Shown piece by piece: positions 57,337-64,000 of a stretch of DNA of 64,000 nucleotides (position 1 is the stretch's first letter; each line of letters starts with the position of its first letter). Both the position numbers and the translations under genes were made by a program. Source of the stretch: Alphaproteobacteria bacterium (GTDB taxonomy: Bacteria > Pseudomonadota > Alphaproteobacteria > CAAHEQ01 > UBA3637); NCBI GenBank assembly GCA_045536135.1, contig JAZSNA010000003.1, positions 45,108 to 109,107 of the forward strand, given 5' to 3'. The notes beneath the pieces were generated by a model. That model was not told the DNA's origin. It did no database searches and saw only the letters and a list, made by a program, of their open reading frames with translations.

Positions 57337-57699
57337 TTATATTTGGTGTATTATTTTTTTAACAAAAAGCAATTTTCCCAATATTTGAATTGCCTCATTC
57401 CAAATTCGACACTGTTTCATACTTGATCCGAATTTAACATGTGGCGGCAATTGTTTTTGACCATAATAATTCAAAATTTCAAGATGTTCTTTTTTTATTT
57501 TATTTTTTATAAATAATTGTTTTATATAAAATAAAATATCGACATATTCGCATGGTCGTTGAAATGGTCCGGAAGTCCGTCTGCCTAAATCCTTTGGACT
57601 TTCACGACACGAACAACACCAAAACCATGCCTCTTCTGTATTTTCAAAAAGTTCTATCGGACGCAAATCCATATTATCAAAATCAATATTTTTTTTCAT
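57337..57699 (-). CDS. hypothetical Cys-rich protein
   Basis: Start at MKKNIDF with a GGGGG RBS. It is divergent from the repressor gene. Confidence 0.3.
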   Translation of the reverse strand: MKKNIDFDNMDLRPIELFENTEEAWFWCCSCRESPKDLGRRTSGPFQRPCEYVDILFYIKQLFIKNKIKKEHLEILNYYGQKQLPPHVKFGSSMKQCRIWNEAIQILGKLLFVKKIIHQI

Positions 57700-57833
57700 C
57701 TTTAACCCCCATATATCTTGACATATAATCATATTCAATACACGTGTCAATAGAAAAAATAAAAAAATATGATTTTTTTCCTATTGATTTTTGTTTTTTC
57801 CTATTATATCATCCAAATAAAGAAAGGATAAGA

Positions 57834-58430
57834 ATGTCATTATCGTACTTTGAAATTTGGCGTGGAATTGATCGCCTTGCTCAAAACAAGGGATTATCTC
57901 CTTCAGGATTGGCAATTAAGGCCGGATTGGACCCGACATCTTTTAATAAAAGCAAACGAATCGGACCGGACGGAAAACGCAGATGGTTATCCATGGAAAG
58001 CTTGAACAAGGTTTTATCAGCCACCCATACCTCTTTTTTGGAATTTATTTCGCTGTGCGGACAAGAAGCTTTATCCTCTCAATCTTTACCCTTAATCGTC
58101 ACAAAAGATTTATTAACATATACAGACGAAAAAGGATACTTTATTCCATCAGACAACATTGATACTTTTGATATACCGATGGCTTTACCGAACGACTGTT
58201 ATGCCGTGGAACTTTCCCAAGGGATATACAACTATCAACCCGGCGATATATTAATTGTCAATCCTCAAACAGAAATTCGTCGGGGAGATCGTATTATCAT
58301 CAAGCACGGCGATACGATTTCCATTGATAAGTTTATCCGTCAAACTAAAAATACCCTGGAAACGGAAAACGAAAATATTGATATTGACACTGTTGATTGG
58401 ATGACACGGATTATTTGGGTCAGACAATAA
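57834..58430 (+). CDS. LexA/CI-like repressor (peptidase S24 family)
   Basis: N-terminal HTH-like region (LAQNKGLSPSGLAIKAGLD) and a C-terminal S24 beta-barrel segment (GDILIVNPQTEIRRGDRIIIKHGDTISIDKF). Start set at MSLSYFEIW with an AAAGGA RBS. Confidence 0.5.
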   Translation: MSLSYFEIWRGIDRLAQNKGLSPSGLAIKAGLDPTSFNKSKRIGPDGKRRWLSMESLNKVLSATHTSFLEFISLCGQEALSSQSLPLIVTKDLLTYTDEKGYFIPSDNIDTFDIPMALPNDCYAVELSQGIYNYQPGDILIVNPQTEIRRGDRIIIKHGDTISIDKFIRQTKNTLETENENIDIDTVDWMTRIIWVRQ

Positions 58431-58432
58431 AC

Positions 58433-58915
58433 TTATCCCTTGACAACCCGATATTTTTTACCGATCTTGCGAACACGTTCTTTGAATTCTGGGAATATTT
58501 TTTTGTCGTATTTATGATTCCACTTTAAAAGTTCCCAAAAAAGCTTCCAGTTATCTTTATATTTTGAGCTTTCCTTTCCGATTTTCTTACGATAAGAACG
58601 GCGAATAATACGGAAATGTCGAACCCAAACATTCCGATGAACAATAATAATCTCATCGGCTTGTTTTAAAAAATCTTCAATCCACTCACTGCAATAAGCC
58701 CCTTCCACAATCCAATGTTCGTTTTCATCCAGGAACTTTTGCACCATTTGAGTTCGTTCGTCGACCGCTCGTTCCATCATAATTCCATCTGTTTCGGAAT
58801 TAACCCAAAACAATTCATCTAAATCCAATCTGGGCAATTTTTTTTCTTTTTCAATTTTTTTTGAATAAGTTGTCTTTCCGCTTCCGGAAGCTCCACCAAT
58901 GTAAATTTTACTCAT
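58433..58915 (-). CDS. P-loop NTPase / nucleotide-kinase-like protein
   Basis: Walker A GGASGSGKTT at the N-terminus. 160 aa. Confidence 0.45.
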   Translation of the reverse strand: MSKIYIGGASGSGKTTYSKKIEKEKKLPRLDLDELFWVNSETDGIMMERAVDERTQMVQKFLDENEHWIVEGAYCSEWIEDFLKQADEIIIVHRNVWVRHFRIIRRSYRKKIGKESSKYKDNWKLFWELLKWNHKYDKKIFPEFKERVRKIGKKYRVVKG

Positions 58916-59696
58916 AACACATCTCTTTCAAAACTCGTTCAGGGTCAATCCGAATGCCATTCCAATCAATTGCCAAATGCAAATGAGGCCCCGTTGACAT
59001 TCCGGTTGAACCGACCGTTCCGACAACAGAACCCTGTTTTATTTTTTGCCCCGGCTTCACCAAAATATCCGTCATATGAGAATAACTGGAAGTCAAACCG
59101 CTCCCATGATCGACAATCACGGTTGCCCCTGTATAAAATAAATCTTTTTCAGCCAAAAGCACCTCTCCATCAGCAATAACCGATATTTCTGTTCCCTTTG
59201 GAGAAGCAATATCCAATCCGCTGTGATATGATTTTTCAACACCATTATATGTCCTTTTTTTCCCAAAAGGACTACTAATCCGCCCCTTAATCGGCCAAAT
59301 AAAACATAACGGAACTGCTTGAAATTTTTTATTATCTCGAGCTGTTTTAATCAAATAATTTTCATTTTCCACTCTTTTCTGATTTTCTTTCGATAAATGA
59401 ACTCTGTCATCTGGAACACCTTTTATTTCTTCGGTTTTCCAATCGTATTTCATTGGTCTTATCATATATTTTTTTGTTTTTGTCTTCAAAACAATATCTT
59501 TAAAACGATCTCGATGTATCCCGACAATAAAGTTTCCATCTTTATCCCGATAAAGTTCCTCATTTTCAAAAAAAATCGGTTCATCTGATTTTCCGTAAAA
59601 CAAATCCCCTTGGAATGCCCGATAATCCAAAGCATTTACACAAACAGGTAATACCCAAGTTAAAAAGATAAAAAATTTCAACATTATCAAACCCAA
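58908..59696 (-). CDS. M23-family metallopeptidase (LytM-like) with signal peptide
   Basis: HxxxD (HSGLD) and HxH (HLHLAID) zinc-binding motifs, with an N-terminal hydrophobic signal sequence. Confidence 0.65.
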   Translation of the reverse strand: MGLIMLKFFIFLTWVLPVCVNALDYRAFQGDLFYGKSDEPIFFENEELYRDKDGNFIVGIHRDRFKDIVLKTKTKKYMIRPMKYDWKTEEIKGVPDDRVHLSKENQKRVENENYLIKTARDNKKFQAVPLCFIWPIKGRISSPFGKKRTYNGVEKSYHSGLDIASPKGTEISVIADGEVLLAEKDLFYTGATVIVDHGSGLTSSYSHMTDILVKPGQKIKQGSVVGTVGSTGMSTGPHLHLAIDWNGIRIDPERVLKEMCYE

Positions 59697-59909
59697 TTTT
59701 ATTTTTTCATTAAGCTTTATAATTTATTTTTTGTAAAAAAACAACAAAAAAACAAACAAACCTCTTGACAAAGCGACAAAAATCGGGTAAAAGTCTTTCA
59801 TCCGCAAATCTCCTGCCGGTTTAACGGAGCCGGCTATGCCTTGAAAAGCAATTCGGAATGGGTTCGCATTGATTGATCTTGGCCGACATATCCAAAGGGA
59901 GGATTATAT

Positions 59910-60254
59910 ATGTCATTTTATGAACACGTGTTTATTGCACGGCAAGATTTAACCCCCTCTGATGTTGATAAATTAGCTGACAAATATGCTGATATTATCA
60001 CAAAAGAAGGCGGAAAAATCACTAAACGTGAAAATTGGGGTCTTCGGACACTTGCTTATCGCATTAACAAAAATAAAAAAGGTTTCTATGTCTTATTTAA
60101 TATCGACGCTTCACCGAAAGCTGTTGCCGAAATGGAACGGTTGGAAAAAATAGACGAAGATATTTTAAGAATTTTAACCATCAAAGTTAAAGAATTAAAC
60201 AACAAGCCGTCTCCCATGATGGCCAAAGGCAAAAAATCGGAAGGAGAAGCATAA
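59910..60254 (+). CDS. rpsF: 30S ribosomal protein S6
   Basis: [14 protein letters not shown]...[12 protein letters not shown]...YVLFN aligns with the S6 family. Confidence 0.9.
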   Translation: MSFYEHVFIARQDLTPSDVDKLADKYADIITKEGGKITKRENWGLRTLAYRINKNKKGFYVLFNIDASPKAVAEMERLEKIDEDILRILTIKVKELNNKPSPMMAKGKKSEGEA

Positions 60255-60481
60255 TGGCTTACGAAGCACAATTATTCTTTCCAAAAAGCAATTCTTTGGG
60301 CAATCAAACAATTGACTACAAAGATATTGACTTATTGAAAAAATTCATCTCTGAACGGGGTAAAATCATTCCGTCCAGAATTTCTATGACACCAGTCAAA
60401 AAACAACGTGAATTAGCCACTGCAATTAAACGGGCTCGTTTCTTGGCTCTTTTACCCTATGTTGATAAAGGGGAGGTCTAA
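60254..60481 (+). CDS. rpsR: 30S ribosomal protein S18
   Basis: [24 protein letters not shown]...[21 protein letters not shown]. Confidence 0.9.
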   Translation: MAYEAQLFFPKSNSLGNQTIDYKDIDLLKKFISERGKIIPSRISMTPVKKQRELATAIKRARFLALLPYVDKGEV

Positions 60482-60483
60482 TC

Positions 60484-61011
60484 ATGGAAGTTATCTTATT
60501 ACAACAAATAAATAAACTCGGAAAAATCGGGGATGTTGTTAAAGTCAAAACCGGTTATGCCCGTAACTATTTGTTACCTCAAAAAAAGGCATTGCGTTCA
60601 ACAAAAGAAAACTTAGCTGTTTTTGAAGCTCAAAAAGCAGAGTTGGAAGCCAAACATATTGAATTAAAGAACAATGCATTAGCCTTGGCTCAAAAATTAC
60701 AAGGTCTTTCCGTTTCTTTAATTCGGCAAGCATCGGAAGCCGGTGTTTTATACGGTTCTGTCACAGCACGTGATATCTATGATGCCGTTAAGAAAGCCGG
60801 TTTGGATATTGAACGTAGCCATATTGTTTTAAATCAACCGATTAAAAATATTGGTGTGTACGAAATTGAATTGAATCTTCATCCGGAAGTATCTCAATCC
60901 ATTCGTGCAATTGTCGCTCGTTCTGCCGAAGAAAACATTCGTCTTGAAACAGAGGCCGTAAAAGCTGAACAAGCAGCGGAAACAGAAAATTCCGAAAAGG
61001 AGGTGGCATAA
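60484..61011 (+). CDS. rplI: 50S ribosomal protein L9
   Basis: [36 protein letters not shown] is the classic L9 N-domain. Confidence 0.9.
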   Translation: MEVILLQQINKLGKIGDVVKVKTGYARNYLLPQKKALRSTKENLAVFEAQKAELEAKHIELKNNALALAQKLQGLSVSLIRQASEAGVLYGSVTARDIYDAVKKAGLDIERSHIVLNQPIKNIGVYEIELNLHPEVSQSIRAIVARSAEENIRLETEAVKAEQAAETENSEKEVA

Positions 61012-61217
61012 TGGTTGAAGTTCTCGTTCGGGATAACAATGTTGATCAAGCCATGCGTGTATTAAAGAAAAAAATGCAACGTGAAGGCTTAATCCGTGAA
61101 CAAAAACTCCGTCAATCTTTTGAAAAACCTTGTGAAAAACGGAAACGCGAAAAACAAGAAGGGATACGTCGCACACATAAAGCAGAACGTGCCCGTCGGA
61201 TGAAAAACGGATTCTAA
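61011..61217 (+). CDS. rpsU: 30S ribosomal protein S21-like
   Basis: 68 aa. ...[25 protein letters not shown] resembles S21 [26 protein letters not shown]. Confidence 0.55.
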   Translation: MVEVLVRDNNVDQAMRVLKKKMQREGLIREQKLRQSFEKPCEKRKREKQEGIRRTHKAERARRMKNGF

Positions 61218-61220
61218 CAC

Positions 61221-61255
61221 AAAAAAACCGCCTGAATTCGGGCGGTTTTTTATTT
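61221..61255 (+). terminator. rho-independent terminator
   Basis: aaaaaaaccgcc-tgaattcg-ggcggtttttt. Confidence 0.6.
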
Positions 61256-61261
61256 TATATC

Positions 61262-61289
61262 TTGACAAGATAGAAAAAATGTATAAACT
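61262..61289 (+). promoter_or_regulatory. putative sigma70 promoter TTGACA-16-TAAACT upstream of the valS leader
   Basis: TTGACA at 61262-61267, with TAAACT 16 nt downstream. Confidence 0.3.
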
Positions 61290-61383
61290 GTTGAGCATGT
61301 TTAAAAAAGTAGTCAATGTTGTCGTGCGTCAGGTCGTGGTCAATTGATCACGCGGGATAAGTTGATTAAAAAATCAAAAAAAG

Positions 61384-61409
61384 TCCCGCTTAAAACAGCG
61401 GGATTTTTT
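61384..61409 (+). terminator. leader terminator / attenuator hairpin 22 nt upstream of valS
   Basis: tcccgc-ttaaaaca-gcggga followed by TTTTTT. An upstream gcggga at 61352-61357 could form an alternative antiterminator pairing. Confidence 0.4.
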
Positions 61410-61430
61410 AATATAAAGAAAGGGAATATT

Positions 61431-64000
61431 ATGCTAGATAAAACATTTAATCCAACAACTGTTGAAGGGATTATTTCTCAAAAATGGGAAGACAAAAAAC
61501 TATTTGCTTGTCAGCCCAATTCAAATAAACCACCCTTTTCTGTCATCATTCCGCCACCGAATGTCACAGGTAATCTTCACATCGGACATGCATTAAATAA
61601 CTCGGTGCAAGATTTACTGTGTCGTTTTAAGCGAATGAAAGGATTTGATGTTTTATGGCAACCGGGGATGGACCATGCCGGAATAGCGACTCAAATGGTT
61701 GTTGAACGGCAATTGGCAAAATCCGGAATATCCCGCCACGATTTAGGTCGTGAAAAATTCATTGAAAAAGTATGGGAATGGAAAGCCGAATCGGGCGGAC
61801 AAATTTTTAAACAACTCCGTCGTTTGGGTGCCTCTTGCGATTGGGACCGTGAACGTTTTACGATGGATGAAGGATTATCTCGTGCCGTTTTAAAAATATT
61901 CGTCAAAATGTATAAAGACGGTTTAATTTATAAAGACAAAAGACTGGTCAATTGGGATTCTAAACTTCAAACCGCTATTTCCGATTTAGAAGTTATTGAA
62001 AAAGAAACAATCGGCAAAATGTGGTACTTTAAATATGTTGTGGAAGAAAATCCCAACGAATTCATCATGATCGGGACAACCCGTCCGGAAACATTATTTG
62101 GTGATACGGCGGTTGCAGTAAACGCCGAAGACGAACGATACAAACATTTAATTGGAAAGAATGTTTTAATACCGATTATCAACAAACCAATCCCCGTTGT
62201 TGCCGACATCCATGCGGATCCGACAAAAGGAACCGGTGCGGTTAAAATTACACCAGCTCATGATTTTAACGACTTTGAAGTGGGCAAACGCCATAATTTA
62301 CCAATGGTAAACATTTTGACCAAAGAAGCTAAACTCAACGAGAACGTTCCTGAAAAGTATCAAGGAATGACACCGATACAGGCTCGTGATTTAGTGCTTG
62401 AAGATATAAAAGCTTTGGGCTTATATGACCATGAGGAAGATAATCCGATGGTTATCCCATACGGTGATCGGAGTGACGTTATTATTGAGCCTTGGTTAAC
62501 AGATCAATGGTTCGTTGACGCTCCAAAATTAGCGGTTAAGGCGATTGAAGCCGTTAAAGAAGGCGATATGCAATTTGTCCCGCAAAACTGGGAAAATACT
62601 TATTTTGAATGGATGAATAACATTCAACCTTGGTGTATTTCCAGACAACTTTGGTGGGGACATCAAGTTCCGGTTTGGTATGGTCCGGACGGTGCACAAT
62701 TCTGTGAAGAAACGGAACAAGAAGCCTTACAAGCAGCTCAAAACCACTATGGTCATCCAACCGAATTAAAGCGAGATACCGATGTTTTAGATACTTGGTT
62801 TTCTTCCGGATTGTGGGCGTTTTCTACATTAGGTTGGCCGGATGACACAGTGGAATTATCCAGATATTATCCGACTTCCGTTTTAGTGACGGCTTTTGAT
62901 ATTATATTCTTTTGGGTTGCTCGCATGATGATGATGTCAATGTATGCGATGGGACAAGTTCCATTCCGTCAATGTTATATTCATGGCCTTGTCCGTGATG
63001 AGCAAGGACGAAAAATGTCAAAATCAAAAGGCAACGGCATTGATCCGCTTGAAATGTGTGATAAATATGGGACAGATGCCCTCCGCTTTGCCCTATTAAT
63101 TCAAGCCGGCCACGGTCGTGATGTTTTGATGTCCGATAACCGAGTTGAAGCTTATCGTAACTTTACTACAAAGATTTGGAATGCGGCCCGCTTTTGTGAG
63201 ATGAATTCCTGTCAAACGGATGCTGATTTTGATATTTCTTCGGTCGAAAGTCCAATTTCCAAATGGATATTATCTAAATTACAAAAAGTATCCGTCTCTG
63301 TATCCGATTCGATTGATAATTTTTCGTTTAATGAAGCATCCAACACGATTTATCATTTTATTTGGGATGAATTCTGCAACACATACTTGGAACTGATAAA
63401 ACCGATATTATTTGATGAGAATTCGTCTCAAAAATCAGAGATTCAACATATAACGGCATTTGTTTTTGAAAATATTTTAAAAATATTACAACCGTTTATG
63501 CCCTTTATCAGTGAAGAACTTTGGTCTAAAACAAAAGACCGTGCCAACATGATTATGGAAGAAAGTTGGCCAGAGTTCAATCAATTTAACTTTGAAAAAG
63601 AAGAATCTGATTTGGATTGGGTTTTAAGCTTAACTTCCCTTATTCGCTCTACCCGTTCGGATGTTCATATTCCGCCGGCTTCCAGAATTACCTTGGAAAT
63701 CAAAGATATTTCTGCGGATAAAAAAGATTTGATTGCTGATTTTACAACAACCATCAAGTCTTTATGCCGAATTGAGGAAATCTGTTTTGTATCCGAAACA
63801 ACACCCGAATCGGCTAGTTGTGTTTTTGAAGGCATATCTTTATCAATTCCACTGTCCGGATTAATCGATTTATCTTCGGAAAAAGAAAAAATAAATAAAG
63901 AAATTGAGAATTTGTCTTCCTTTATCACTCGGAACCAAGCGATGCTAAACAATCCGGACTTTGTATCAAAAGCACCAGAAAAGGTTGTCAGCGATAAAAG
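61431..64000 (+). CDS. valS: valine--tRNA ligase, 3'-truncated at window edge
   Basis: HIGH motif PPPNVTGNLHIGHALN and KMSKS motif GRKMSKSKGN. The frame is open to the end of the window. Confidence 0.9.
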   Translation, partial: MLDKTFNPTTVEGIISQKWEDKKLFACQPNSNKPPFSVIIPPPNVTGNLHIGHALNNSVQDLLCRFKRMKGFDVLWQPGMDHAGIATQMVVERQLAKSGISRHDLGREKFIEKVWEWKAESGGQIFKQLRRLGASCDWDRERFTMDEGLSRAVLKIFVKMYKDGLIYKDKRLVNWDSKLQTAISDLEVIEKETIGKMWYFKYVVEENPNEFIMIGTTRPETLFGDTAVAVNAEDERYKHLIGKNVLIPIINKPIPVVADIHADPTKGTGAVKITPAHDFNDFEVGKRHNLPMVNILTKEAKLNENVPEKYQGMTPIQARDLVLEDIKALGLYDHEEDNPMVIPYGDRSDVIIEPWLTDQWFVDAPKLAVKAIEAVKEGDMQFVPQNWENTYFEWMNNIQPWCISRQLWWGHQVPVWYGPDGAQFCEETEQEALQAAQNHYGHPTELKRDTDVLDTWFSSGLWAFSTLGWPDDTVELSRYYPTSVLVTAFDIIFFWVARMMMMSMYAMGQVPFRQCYIHGLVRDEQGRKMSKSKGNGIDPLEMCDKYGTDALRFALLIQAGHGRDVLMSDNRVEAYRNFTTKIWNAARFCEMNSCQTDADFDISSVESPISKWILSKLQKVSVSVSDSIDNFSFNEASNTIYHFIWDEFCNTYLELIKPILFDENSSQKSEIQHITAFVFENILKILQPFMPFISEELWSKTKDRANMIMEESWPEFNQFNFEKEESDLDWVLSLTSLIRSTRSDVHIPPASRITLEIKDISADKKDLIADFTTTIKSLCRIEEICFVSETTPESASCVFEGISLSIPLSGLIDLSSEKEKINKEIENLSSFITRNQAMLNNPDFVSKAPEKVVSDK

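Larger units (their letters stand above)
47881..58430 (-). mobile_element. T7-like (podovirus-type) structural gene cluster remnant with S24 repressor; no RNAP, fibre or integrase
   Basis: Gene order portal, scaffold, capsid, tail tube A/B-like, small genes, TerL mirrors T7 genes 8-9-10-11-12...19. A divergent LexA/CI-like repressor sits at the right end. Confidence 0.45.

Overview
The window is a low-GC Gram-negative (apparently proteobacterial) chromosome segment. Reading from native sequence alone it contains five blocks. (1) Core genes at the left end: a 5'-truncated ORF, a GNAT acetyltransferase, HU, pheT, pheS and tRNA-Phe(GAA). (2) Directly downstream of tRNA-Phe there is a strikingly AT-rich, tightly packed plus-strand operon-like island of about 9.5 kb (4677-14220) that looks foreign. 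It encodes two tandem overlapping radical-SAM/SPASM enzymes, an HD phosphohydrolase, a stand-alone protein that aligns to the catalytic core of alanyl-tRNA synthetase, a protein-kinase-like phosphotransferase, a large protein with a GT9-heptosyltransferase-like C-terminus, two peptidases (S33 proline-iminopeptidase-like, S51 peptidase-E-like) and three unknowns. This is the best candidate for an undescribed biosynthetic or modification system. (3) A lambda-like siphovirus prophage of about 32 kb (about 14230-46600, late genes on the minus strand, visibly higher GC). It shows near-perfect lambda head-tail synteny: Nu1, A, W, B, C, D, E, FI, FII, Z, U, V, G/GT, H, M, (three tail-fibre paralogs), L, K, J. 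A lysis cassette follows at the far end: endolysin, holin and overlapping Rz/Rz1 spanins. The G/GT pair carries a canonical A_AAA_AAC programmed -1 frameshift site. The three tandem tail-fibre paralogs share their N-termini. The early region carries a GmrSD-like (DUF262-DUF1524) type IV restriction enzyme, a ParB-nuclease-domain DNA methyltransferase, a phage-encoded S-adenosylmethionine synthetase (MetK) homolog, an ECF-like sigma factor, iteron/operator repeat arrays, and a large serine recombinase with its DUF2924 partner next to tRNA-Pro(UGG). (4) After tRNA-Pro and a PHP phosphatase gene there is a compact T7-like (podovirus-type) structural module remnant (about 47.9-58.4 kb): portal, scaffold, capsid, tail-tube A/B-like, terminase large subunit and a LexA/CI-like S24 repressor. 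It has no RNA polymerase, tail fibre or integrase. (5) Core genes at the right end: a P-loop kinase, an M23 peptidase, rpsF-rpsR-rplI-rpsU, and valS preceded by an attenuator-like leader. Functional assignments rest on motif-level recognition and synteny, not database searches. Coordinates of starts were adjusted where an internal start with a good RBS was evident.
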